Of a stretch of 64,000 bases of DNA, positions 35,544 to 46,941 are shown piece after piece (positions within the stretch are counted from its first letter, which is position 1; each line of letters opens with the position of its first letter). The stretch spans positions 124,001 through 188,000 of the forward strand of contig OZ316894.1 of NCBI GenBank assembly GCA_973895155.1, given 5' to 3'. The notes under the pieces were generated by a model that saw only the letters and a list, made by a program, of their open reading frames with translations, was not told the DNA's origin and ran no database searches. Origin of the DNA: Marsupella aquatica (lineage: Eukaryota > Plantae > Marchantiophyta). The position numbers were made by a program, and so were the translations under genes.

Positions 35544-38245
35544 ATGATAGGGGAATGCCACGCACAAGGCCATACAATTTCAACAAGAGGACTCATGTAG
35601 ATCCGATTGAAAAGAAGAGAAGGCTATTGGAAACCAAGGCAATTTCAAAAACAACGGAAGCTTTGATTGATGAAATTAAAAGAGAGAATTGTTGCAAGCA
35701 GAAATGTTGTCTCACTATGCCAAGAGAAGACATAGAAGATATCCGGATAGAATTTCACGGGATGTCTAGCGAGTCAAAAACATCACACATTTTCAACCTC
35801 TTCCACTACAGAGAAGATGATGTTCGTGATAAGGGGCACCATGTTCTCAAGGGTATGGTTGTATGTAGACATGCATTTGCAATCATCCATGGCTTTAGCC
35901 ACTCAAAATATTATGATTACAAAAGGAGATATGTGGAGGGTTGCAAAATTGGGTTCCATGGAAACACGGGCTCCATGAAAACAAGGTCAAATACCTTGCA
36001 TGCACGAGCTCTATTGGAGGATTTTTTGACTCGAAATGCAGAGCCCATGCCTCATATACCTTATGCTGGGGCTCATGGGACAGACTCCATTGAGTATCGT
36101 CTTCCAGCATGTTACAAGAAGTTGGAGATTCTGGAAGATGTGAGAACAAAGATGAAGGAAGAGGGGCTTCCCCCAGTTACAGAGAATACTCTATACAAGA
36201 TTTGGAGCAAATCATTTGCAAACTTCAGTTTCCATAAAGATGGTGCATTTGCCAAGTGTACTCTTTGTTGTGAATACAAAGATAGTTTGATGCGAGAAAG
36301 AAGGAAAAAAGAACGTGCTGAAATTGAAGAAAAACGAGCGCAACATCTTCGTGAGCAGATGTCACATAGATATGTTTACTATGCTCATCGAGTGATGGCT
36401 AAGCAACATCCAGGGGAATATCTTTGCATCATTCACGACAAGATGGATCAAGCAAAGACGTGGATTCCAAAAATGGTCAGTACTCCTAAATTGCTTTCGG
36501 GTCATGGGATGCCACTACCTATTGCTCTCACAGGGATGTTGACCCATGGAAGGGATCCAGGAGTCTATGCACACTTTAGTGTCACTGGCCTTTGGCCAGG
36601 AGATGCTGATTTCACGGCGACATCCTTGGCTAAGTGTCTTCGAGACCTTGAAGAGTACAATGGAGACAAGACAGGTGACATGTTGGATGGCCTTTATTTG
36701 GAACCTCATAGACCTTTCTTTCAAGCCCTTCTTGACTTTGATGCATTTTTTAAGGGATATTTGGAACCAAAGAGTATTCCAATGAATAGGTATATTGGTT
36801 CTGAAGATGCAGTCGAGAGTCAGACGGAGACGGTCTCCACCCAACATGGTGAGGATCAAGGAGGGGTCATGCATGGGGAACAAGGCAATCCATCTTTCAA
36901 GCCCTTGCCAAGGCACCTAACACTGCAAATGGATAACTCAGCAAAGGATAACAAAAACCAGACTGTCATGGCATTTTGTAGTGAGCTTGTGAGTAGAGGA
37001 GTATTTGAAACTGTTCAAATGTCTTTTCTAATGGTTGGTCATACGCACGAAGATGTTGATGCACTCTTTTTGAAGGTATCATATCAAGTTCAACACAAGG
37101 AAGTTGCAACTCTCCTTGCTCTTATGGCAGAGGTTTGGGAATGTGAGAGCATTCATCCAGTTCCCAGATTGATACAAGAAGTTGCATCTTACAAAGAATA
37201 TCTTCAAACTTTCAAAGTTAAAGATATTCAAGGTCACTCAAAACCCGTATCATTTCTTTTCTCTATGAGAGATAATGTACCAATATTTCAGTATAAGTCC
37301 CATGTAAAGCAAGCTTGGGCTCCAGTTGGAGGAAGGTGCATTTGGGCAACAGATCTGACAACAAATTCTCTTCTTTTACCTAGTGGAGAGCCCTTAGCTA
37401 AATCCATTGGAGAGATACACAAAAAATTTGAAGAGATTATCCCATTTCTTAACAAGTACCTTGATTTTTTGAGAAGGAGTTGCACTGATGAGACATCTAT
37501 AGCATATAAGGAAAGATTTCCTCTTGTGAAATATTGGGAGAGAATTGTGGAGTTGTTGACAAATGGGCTCGCACTAGAAGGGGAGGGAAGTACTCAATTT
37601 CCCTTGAGAAATGGATTTTGGCCTAAGACTAACCACGGCACTGGTTACAAGGTCAATCAACCGGAAAAAAGTGGTCCTCCAAGTGAAGATGAGGAGAATG
37701 CGGAGATGACGGCTCTTCAAAATGAGGTCTTGGAAGAGATGGAAGATCAAGCAGCACCATTTGTTGGATCTCGAGCTGAGAGAGAACAAGGACGGTGGAT
37801 TCCCCTACAGGATATTTGTGAAGGGAACTTTGTATTTCTTCGACCCGAGGATGACTGGGAGAATAAAAATGGTGGAGGTCATTTCTGGTTGGTGAGAGCT
37901 TTGGGTTCGGTGGACCCTGAGCATGAAGTCCCAACTATATCTCCAACAAACCCTCCTCTGCCTCAACAATATGTTCCAATGTTTCCAGTCGAATGGTGGA
38001 GGCCTAAACACTCTAAACTTGATGTGACTGAGAGTGCACGGTATCTAAATTGCTTCATGTCCACTAAGACATGGGAACGAGATCCAGGGTTTGGTGAGAA
38101 CGCTCAACATTGGCAGTATGCAAATTCTGCAATGTATGGTTTTAAATCTGGAATGAAAGAAGAAAACATGGCGGGCAGAGGTTTGAAGATTCCTCGAAAT
38201 GTTCTACAAACTGTCCAAAGTTATCTTCAAAGGATGGACAAGTAG
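35471..38245 (+). CDS. DUF7869/Sola-like DDD transposase, uninterrupted ORF of 924 aa
   Basis: Cys motifs CCKQKC, VCRHAF and KCTLC. Catalytic-like motifs HDKMDQ, QMDNSAKDNKN and FLMVGHTHEDVDALF. Lies between the TIRs. The superfamily label is tentative. Confidence 0.8.
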   Translation: MSDILVEGSERMETVDRDDLYPNVNDRGMPRTRPYNFNKRTHVDPIEKKRRLLETKAISKTTEALIDEIKRENCCKQKCCLTMPREDIEDIRIEFHGMSSESKTSHIFNLFHYREDDVRDKGHHVLKGMVVCRHAFAIIHGFSHSKYYDYKRRYVEGCKIGFHGNTGSMKTRSNTLHARALLEDFLTRNAEPMPHIPYAGAHGTDSIEYRLPACYKKLEILEDVRTKMKEEGLPPVTENTLYKIWSKSFANFSFHKDGAFAKCTLCCEYKDSLMRERRKKERAEIEEKRAQHLREQMSHRYVYYAHRVMAKQHPGEYLCIIHDKMDQAKTWIPKMVSTPKLLSGHGMPLPIALTGMLTHGRDPGVYAHFSVTGLWPGDADFTATSLAKCLRDLEEYNGDKTGDMLDGLYLEPHRPFFQALLDFDAFFKGYLEPKSIPMNRYIGSEDAVESQTETVSTQHGEDQGGVMHGEQGNPSFKPLPRHLTLQMDNSAKDNKNQTVMAFCSELVSRGVFETVQMSFLMVGHTHEDVDALFLKVSYQVQHKEVATLLALMAEVWECESIHPVPRLIQEVASYKEYLQTFKVKDIQGHSKPVSFLFSMRDNVPIFQYKSHVKQAWAPVGGRCIWATDLTTNSLLLPSGEPLAKSIGEIHKKFEEIIPFLNKYLDFLRRSCTDETSIAYKERFPLVKYWERIVELLTNGLALEGEGSTQFPLRNGFWPKTNHGTGYKVNQPEKSGPPSEDEENAEMTALQNEVLEEMEDQAAPFVGSRAEREQGRWIPLQDICEGNFVFLRPEDDWENKNGGGHFWLVRALGSVDPEHEVPTISPTNPPLPQQYVPMFPVEWWRPKHSKLDVTESARYLNCFMSTKTWERDPGFGENAQHWQYANSAMYGFKSGMKEENMAGRGLKIPRNVLQTVQSYLQRMDK

Positions 38246-38517
38246 ACTTAGTTGTTAGAAGCTATAATAATTAAATAGATAGTTACTAGTTTTTATGTAA
38301 GATAGTCACTCATTCAAACATAGTAACTTACGTACTAGTTATTTACTATTCTAATAGTTTTAATGTGAGACCATGCCATTGAGTGTTAGTTATACTATCT
38401 CCTCATTTTCTAAACTTTTGATCGTTATGAATATGAATGTTTGCTTTTTTGCATAATTAAAAATATTTTTCTATTCATTCCTTTCTTTTAAATGATTATA
38501 ATAAGAGTTGGTAGGAA

Positions 38518-38820
38518 AATGTACACTTTTTAGGCCAAATGTACACTTTGTTGCACTCAAAGTTACACTTTCTAGACCAAATGCACTTAAATGTACACTT
38601 TTTAAGCCAAATGTATGTTTCTTTCACTCAAATGTACACTTTCTAAGCCAAATGTACTCAAATGTACATTTTTAAAGCCAAATGTACCTATTTTGATGTT
38701 CAAATATACACTTTTCGTTGCCCAAATGTACACTCTTTAGGCCAATTGTACACTTTTCTATCCCCAAATGTACACTTTTCCAAGCCCAAAAGTACACTTT
38801 TCATTGCCCAAATGTACAAA
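38518..38820. repeat. Subterminal AAATGTACACTTT repeat array
   Basis: More than ten degenerate copies here and about four at 26970-27050. Confidence 0.88.
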
Positions 38821-38850
38821 TAATAATACACTTTTAATGAATAGGCTGAT

Positions 38851-41616
38851 TTTCACCGATCGAGTTACAACATCACCATTCAATGGAACGCTTCTTTCCA
38901 AATCAAACTCAGCAGCGTTCGACAGGAGGAGATTGGTGGCTTCCTCAAAGAGACGCGGTGACCCCGCCAGGTCCGCCGATCTGAAGGCAAGCTCAAAAAT
39001 AGTTGGGCCAGTTCCTCTGCTCAATCCCCTTTTGTATGCAGTATAAGCAGCAATTTGAGCAACCGCTCTATTTTGGTCCGTTTTGCATCCTTCAAACAGA
39101 CCAACCTTTTTTTTCTGTTGCCATGCTTTCATTCCAGCATGCCTAGATTCCGAACCAGTACAATTAGGAATCATCCCAGCCTCTTCGGCACTCTTGCTCT
39201 GAAACATTGCACGCAAGGGTTTAGTACATGTAAGAAATTGCACACAAAAGTGGCAACACAATGGAAATAACAGTAGCGCCAGACGCTAATAAACTGATGA
39301 TGATATTTCCATGTAAAGAACCGTTTAACACAGAATAAAGGTAGTCCTTACATCACTCATAGTCCAAACGGATTATTAGCGCTCGATGCTACTATTGCGG
39401 ATAAGGAACTCTTCTATCTCACACATGCTTCACTAGCGCCGAGCGCTATTAATGGGAACATGCATCCTAGAGCAGTGTATAACTCACCAGTCTTATGAAG
39501 TTCCCCCATTGTCTCCATCGGACAACCCACCAAGACAGCCACCCTTGCAGCATCCGAAGTTTGCCTGAGTGACAATTGCCAGACCTCCACCAGTCATCGA
39601 TTTCCCTCGAGATTCGAAATGCTTTCAAGAAAGTTGGCGCGTTCCAAAGACGATCCCACATCTCCTTGTGCTCTCCGTGCTTTCCATCTTTTACACCTTC
39701 TCGGGAATGATGATGAAAAGATTGGAAAAAATGAAAGGCATCTGATCTTTCTCGCTCTGGGTCAGGTACACCGTCAAAGAACACGTTTCGAACAGCATTC
39801 CAACCAGCCTGAGCATTGTCCGCCATGAATCCCCGAATTGTAACATCCTGTAAACCATTTTCATCGACAACCTCTAACATCAAACGCCAGGCTCTCTCCA
39901 GAGATTTTGCATCTTCGGCCTTTAGCTCACAAGTGAATATGGTGCAAAGTGCCCGGTAATGATGATCATATACATGGGCACTGAAAGTAAGCCAATCTGC
40001 CGTGCTTCGATGCATCACGTCAAAACTTACCCATGAACCCTCTAACGACCCACCAGGTTTCATTCTTTGGAGCAGGTCCAGACCACTCCCGTCACCTTTT
40101 ACGTCATTTTAAAGATATGAGCACTCTCGTCCCGACAGCCTTGACCAGGGAGCAAGAACCTATGAAGAAAAGGCAGTCGGATACACTTTTGCATCCTCAC
40201 AAGAAATTCCAGTTCCCCTTTCCCCTTCTGATCTTGACGGACACTCCTTAACACGGATGCAAACTTTTGAGGAGATGCGACGACCATCAGGGACTCCCAG
40301 ATTTCCTTCTCTTCTTCAAGAGAGATTTCTTCAACAGAGGCCTCGCAAAATGTATTCGTCAGTGTCTCAGTCGCAGAGTTTTTAATCCCTGTTGGGGATG
40401 CCATGGGGTTTGCAGTGAATCCCTTCTCCAGATGAGACCTTGCAACCTTTTCTGCCTCCCTCGAAAAGACCCATCGACTGGGATGATTGTGAAATCCCAT
40501 ATGAACAGCTAGTCGCGACATGTGGGCCAAAGACTTAACGTCAACTTTTGCAGATGGATACATGTAGAACATTAGAGCAGGGCAGGCCTCAACGCACATT
40601 GGAGGTTCGGAGCAATGGTGACAAACAACTCCACCTTCGAAGATCAATTCCCCAACTTGGAATGGGCCCGAAAGTTTTGGGGTTCTTGCCCACATCTCAT
40701 TATTTCGAAACTTGTTGTCTTTCCACCACGGACAAGCATTATTTCGACACTGCAGCGATCCCGTACACTGGACTTTCCCGAAATCCCACATTTTCTTCGG
40801 AAGAACATTTGAAGACGTTTTCACAATCCGAGTCCAATAATAACAATCCTTACCACGATCCATATCTTTCAAACGTTCACCTTTTGCGTTCACACAGTCT
40901 ACCGGGGGTAACTCAAAAACCACATTCCCATTGTAAGATGTGGGAAGACTAGGCACTACGTGATGAACAAAATCACTCCCCCTTATAAATTGAGACAATT
41001 CACTATGACCTTTGGATTTCAAGATTGTATCCATTGCACTCTGCTGGTACACAGTCAAAGGCACAATCATTTCTCGATCCGCATTAGACTCCTTTTTAAC
41101 CTCGGATGGGTAAACTGGAATCTTCTCTCCGAGAGTAGTTGTCGCTTGCTTATCATCTCCAGAACTTTCCGAGAGTTTGATGACATCGAGTTCAGCCGCT
41201 GTGGGAGGACGAGTATAGGAGGCCCCAGAATCTCTCAAAACAAAAACCTCATATTCTTTTTGAGCCTCCAGAGTCCAATATCTTTGACCATGAACAACAT
41301 CGTAGAAAACTGGAGTCTCCTCCAAACAAACCGACACTAACGAGATCGCTAAAATAGACTCCTTGGCGACATCAAATCTCACTCCCAAATATTCCTCTGA
41401 AACACGCTTTGATTAAGATGATTTGAGGACGGGAATTGTGATTACATCCCGAGTGTCCTTCCTCATGACAACGATATTTTGAGCCATGGCTTCAAAAGAG
41501 GGATATGCATTTTCCCCCACGCAAAATGAAATATGTTTATCATGAGATTCGAGTACGAGAAGTAAACGTTCCATTCTCATTATAGAGTCGTTATAGATTT
41601 GGACGCACTCCATCAA
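38851..41616 (-). pseudogene. MULE transposase, N-terminal part: GCM/WRKY-like zinc domain plus DDE core
   Basis: CTGSLQCRNNAC..CHHC..C..GFHNHP (GCM-like). D in FDVMH, D in MADNAQAGWNAVRNVF, DAFH at the CxxH position, E in GSESRH. Frameshift near 40100; intron at about 39210-39487 (acceptor not pinned down). Confidence 0.8.
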
Positions 41617-42268
41617 TGACGTTTTGTCGTCTTACCAACGGCAGGATTTGGGTTCATAGTTACTAGCGCCTGGCGCTACCTCTAAGTGTAAAACACTCTT
41701 GGGTGAGGACTACGAATGCCAATAATAATAGCGCCTGGCGCTACCTCTGGGTGCAAACATTCTTGGGTGAGGAGTACGAAGGCAATAAATAATAGCGCCT
41801 GGCGCTACCTATTTCAATGGACTTGAAAACATTCAATGGAAGGATAAGTACGATAACGCGATACAGTACGAGTCATTAAGTTGGCACGCTTGAAGATCTC
41901 CACTGGATCTTCGCGAATCCGATCCGCCCGGGTCCAAATGTGTCAGAGAGGAAGCGTCCACAAAAGTTATATCAGAGGGTCCTCTTCGAAGTGGGTACCC
42001 AGGACCAAGTGCGAACTCTCCTTATATCTAGTCGTTCTCCTCCAATGTCCTCATTGTCAAGCCATTCTTCACTGAGTCACAGTTGTGGCTCATCTTTCGG
42101 GCGCGTGGTTCCCGTTCTCATTTTTGGGCCCAGTTGTTCTTTTTGGCTTTCGTGCGCGTTCTTGTTCTCCTTCTCGTCCTCGTTTCTCATTCTCGTCCTA
42201 GTTCACGCTGTTGTCCTCCTTCACGTTCTTGTTCGCGCTTCTTGTTCTCGTCCTCGTCCTCACTTTCA

Positions 42269-42696
42269 ATGGCACCTCCACGAGGGAAGGCAAAGGAGGA
42301 GGCACTTGTCCCGAGCGACACCGACCGGGAGACCCCCGCATCAAATAGCTTACCGCCTCGGCCGAATGCCGAGAGGATGACGGTTCCAATCTCGAAGAAG
42401 GGGAAACTCATCTCAAAGATGAAGAATGCCCCAACTATGGGCCACAGCGAAGGATCCAGTCGGCCGAATGTGAGCGGCCCGACTTTTGTTCCCGCTAGGG
42501 ATATCGCCCCTGCTTCAGTCGGCCGTCCAAGAGCCGACACTATCTGCACGGGAGTCTCCTATCTTCTTCATCCACTGAGAGTGATCATTCTTCGAGCGGG
42601 GACTCATCACCGAGCAGGCGAGGATTTACGTGGTATGGATTGAGCGACTCGAATGATGACTCCGATGCATACAAGCCAAGTTGGTGGGAAGACTGA
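42269..42696 (+). other. Possible small, disordered third ORF of the MULE element (frameshifted)
   Basis: MAPPRGKAKEEAL... lies between the two divergent genes; no domain recognised. Confidence 0.25.
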
Positions 42697-44483
42697 TTTC
42701 CCGTTGTCAGAGCGTATCATTCGAGTTCTGGAGAGACTTGGAGGATCCATCAAGGTTGATAGGATCTATTTCCACTCGGTTTTTTCCGATAGAAAACCCA
42801 TACCGTTCCTTCCTCGTATGCCGGATTTCTAGTGTACTGTAACATTTTGTATATGAACGGCATAGCCGTTCGTTTTTACCTCGGTGTCAATGCTTTTGAA
42901 TTCAGAAGACCAAGCTTTAATTTTGGGTTCTACTCCCGTGTTTGCATTGTATTTCTGAATGCAAACCTGATCTATTTCTTTGAAATGGCCGTAAACACTC
43001 GTTTGCTGTCAATGTTTTTACTAGCGTTCGGCACTATTATGAGAAACAAAGTGTCCGTAACACTGTCGTGACATGTCTTATCTCTAAAGTGTTTTTGATA
43101 GCGTTGGGCGCTATTAATGAAAGGAATCACAAGTCAGACCCGTCCGGAGTTATTTTTACTTTTATTTCAACAAATTTTGTTCAATTGATGTGCATTTTAA
43201 TAGCGCCAGGCGCTATTGTAATTCATTGGAATATTCGTTGAATGAATGGGTTCATGTGGTCATGTTTATTGTCATTGGACTCCGATTTCATCATTTATTT
43301 GAATACTAGCGCCGAGCGCTACTAAAGTTGGCTTGTCGACACCTGCACAAAATTGGAAAATTTATAGACAATTGTGTTCATAGTACTGCCCGTAGCTACA
43401 TTAAGATGGTTTTTCATATACATTTGAAAGTATGTTGTATAATAGCGCCTGGCGCTATCCACAACTACCGACACTGATGTGGTTCCAACGGTCACTTTCC
43501 AACGGTAATATTATAGTAGATTGAGGTTCACGGAACCCTTTTTGCTTTTGTCTGGGATGAAAGTCCAATCGGAGAATGCCATCTGTACTTGGGACCGTTG
43601 TAATCGAATGGCTGGTTCTATTGTATCGGTGTCTTAATACAAGGTGGAGATCGCTCGTTTGGGATAATTTAGTCCGTCTAGCGCTCAGACCTCGGACTGT
43701 ACGAGTTTGTCAAGTGCATATGTGCGTCCTTTATTGGTCCCGTACATTTTGAGATGTGATCGTCACAAGAACTGCACGGCGCATACGACAGTGCTGGGTG
43801 GTCGAGTTGCTCTCCACGACAACTTTTGGCTGGGTGATACGAGAATGGGGGAGGCTGATGGTGGTCATTCTGAGTCCTCTCAGTCTTCGTTCGCTGGTTC
43901 AGTATACACCCGTCGCGTCACTCGATCGACTGCGTCCCTGTCGACTTCCGAAGCTGAATCTGCACAGCCCTTCCCGAGGTCGAGGAGAGGGAGAATGGAC
44001 CCTAAGGACGTCTCCATGGGTGAAGTCAGTGACATAGGCTTATCGATGGACGAGGTAATATCAAAGCACGCATTGTCGTTCGGGAAGGATTTTCGAGGAT
44101 TCGATAAGGAGCCACCTCAAATTCCTCTTTGTAGATTGCTCCCCATGGAGGTTGTTTGAACCTTACAGAAAGAAAGTGCATCGATCGAGAAGTTGAAAGA
44201 ATCATTCCGTGTCACCGGGTACAACTCACGCATTGGGATGCCTTTCTACGTTCAGCCTGCAAATGCCAATGGGGTTTCTCATATATGCACCACCGAGATC
44301 CGGGACTCTTGGGATCCAATCTGGGTCACAGAGAATGACAAGTTTGAGGAAGAGTGTGATGCGGACCCAGCGTTCCATATTCTAAAAGATAAAATGTTTT
44401 GTGTGTTTGACGGAAATCATCGATTGTACTCGTGGTCAATCGTCACGAGGGAGAATCCGGACAACTTGAAGTATCATCCTCGT

Positions 44484-46941
44484 TGTGACGCCAATGACAT
44501 GGTCCTTATTTTGTAATCTGATTAAGTAGGTTGCTGTATGCAAGGAGTAGCTATTGATATTACATAACAATTAGCAAGATGGCAAGAATAAGGGCAATCA
44601 TGGCGTTAAGAGTAGGGAAATAAAAACTATGTCGCGGGTGGTCGATGACCATATCTCTTTCAATATGTCACCAAATCCGGATCTGTAAAGAGCATTGGAA
44701 AGATCTGGTCAAGGCGAGTAAAATCGATATAAAACACTCAGGAAACGGAGGTGTATTAAGAGAGATACGGCCTGATTAGTGTGACGGGTTAACTTATGGC
44801 CGGAATTAGTGGATTCGGCTTCAGTTTCGGGTTAAATCAAGCTCGACCACGGCTTAGCTCAGGTAAGCACGGCTTCAGCTTAGCTCAGGTGAGCACGGCT
44901 TCAGCTTAGCTCAGGTGATCACGGCTTCAGCTTAGCTCAGGTAAGCACGGCTTCAGCTTAGCTTAGGTCAGCACAGCTTCAGCTTAGGCTTAACCTAGGT
45001 TCGGATTAGATTGAACTCGGGTTAGCCTAAACTCGGGCTCAGGTTAGCATAGGTAAGTTCGGGTTCGGGCTCAGCTTAGGCTAGGTTAGCGGATAGCGGG
45101 TAGCGGCCTAACCCGAGACCACGGGTTAGCTCTACTCGGGTTAGATAGGATAGCTAGGTTAGCCGAACTCGGGTTAGCTATGTAACTCGGGTTAGCGCAG
45201 CAGTGAGTACCCCCTCTCGGTTGCGGGGGCATAACTCTCTGTGTATTTGACCAAATCGGCTATAATTGACCTCGTTGGAAAGAGGAGCTCAAGCCGCTTC
45301 CAACGCTGCTATCCACGCAGCAAATGGTTGAATACAGAAATCGGGAGAGGAGGCGTAAGCTCGCGAAAACCATGGAGGAGGGCCAAATCCGAAGTACATA
45401 GCCAATTCGAGATAGAAATAAAGCTGCGAGTTAGGGTTCAGTAGTTAGAGATAGTGGCGGCTCTGTTAGGGCTGGGATGGGGCTCCAGCAGCGTAGTACC
45501 CAGCCATTTGGGCTCAGTATGAGAGTATATAGAGCAGCCCCCCGGTAGAGATGGGGGGGGGACTTCAGTTGTGTGATCTCACTTAGACTGAGCAGCAGGG
45601 AGGAGCTCTGTGCAAGCAAGGCTGGACTTGGACGCTGCGTGTTGGGGGAGAGCTTGGTTGTGCTATTACTCAGGGAGTAATCAGCCAAGCTTCACAGCAA
45701 CGGGTTGCTAGGTTTGCGAGCTGGATTGTGGCTCTTTCTAGTGAGTAGCACAACTGGGTTCTTTTCCCCCGATACAGAGCCTTGGTGATAGGTGATGTAT
45801 TGGTGATTGTAAACTGTGGGGAGGATGTCAATTTGATTTGTGGTGAGCACATTAGGGAGGCTGAGACACTGATTGAGGGGCAGCAGTAGGAGCATTTACA
45901 GTTCAGTCTGGCAAGGCTACGTGATCCATGGGGAGTCCCGGCCTTTGTCTGGTGGAGAGCACTAAGGGATCTATGGCCAGAGCAGAGCTTGCAGGGCAAG
46001 CGTGAGGCCGGGCCTCATTGCAGTCTGGGGTAGATCGCCGTTAGGCCTGGTACCAGCTTTGAAGTCGAGTCAACTATGTATGCGTAACTTGACGTTCTGA
46101 ATTGGAGGGTGTGAGATCTGTATGTGCCCCCAAGAATGAAGTGCAGTGAAGGAGGTTGAGTTCAGGATTGAGTTTGCAAGGCAAGTACGGGATTGGTTTG
46201 AGTCCAATATGCCGTCGCAATCTGGAGTGAGCCGGGCTCAGGTTCAGGATTGAGCTTGCATGGCAAGCATGGGGCTTGCGGGGCAAGCACGCTGCAATCT
46301 GGAGTAGACAGCCTTCGGGCCTATTGTTCGGATCAAGTGTTCTCAGTGAACTATTGTGCACATCGTTGAATCTAATTGAGTTTTCCTCTCAGGCCTCATT
46401 TCTCTCATGGATGTGTGTGTGTGTGAGGCAATCTAAGTGTATGATGGGACTAGCAGCGCCACTGAGAGGTGTACAGGGTGCATTGAAGCGGGCTGGGTGA
46501 GGACTGTCATAGCTCTGATTGCTGAGAGTGGAATGGCAGAGTGGTGGGGCAATGGCTTAGAAGTCCCTAAGCCGGGAATCAGTCAAGAGTCACTGGTTTA
46601 TGGGTATATTCCGGCGGCGGAATAGAAACATACCTATGACAGTAAGCATACGTATAGACCTATGCGCACCGTAGCGCTAGGCCCTGTGTGTACGGGCCCG
46701 ATATGAAGACTCCTTCTCACCAGAACTATCATGAGCGCGGATCTGATTCCCAACCTTGGTTCTTAGGGATTGAGCTTGGGTGATGTGTGACGGAGTCTTG
46801 TTATGATATTCTGGTGTTAAGGGCATAAATTGGTGTTTACCGGCCTTCACAGCATCCCTTCGTGATCCTCAGGTACAAGGAGATGGTTTTGGCACCCATA
46901 GTGACGTCTTTGGTGTTAAGACCCATGTCAATCGCGTGACA
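44484..46941. mobile_element. Solo LTR (2458 bp)
   Basis: TGTGACGCCAATGACATGG...CCATGTCAATCGCGTGACA. TSD CTCGT at 44479-44483 and 46942-46946. Removal restores KYHPR|VICVIF. Confidence 0.92.
44848..44990. repeat. 26-bp tandem repeat inside the solo LTR
   Basis: GCACGGCTTCAGCTTAGCTCAGGTRA, about five copies, followed by degenerate CTCGGGTTAG repeats. Confidence 0.85.

Larger units (their letters stand above)
26919..38850 (+). mobile_element. 11.9-kb TIR DNA transposon (DUF7869/Sola-like) with cargo genes
   Basis: Perfect 26-bp TIR ATCAGCCTATTCATTAAAAGTGTATT (26919-26944 and 38825-38850), extending imperfectly. 4-bp TSD TTTC at 26915-26918 and 38851-38854; alternative reading is a CAG-ended TIR with an AT TSD. 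AAATGTACACTTT subterminal repeats at both ends. Excision restores the MULE frame. Confidence 0.92.
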
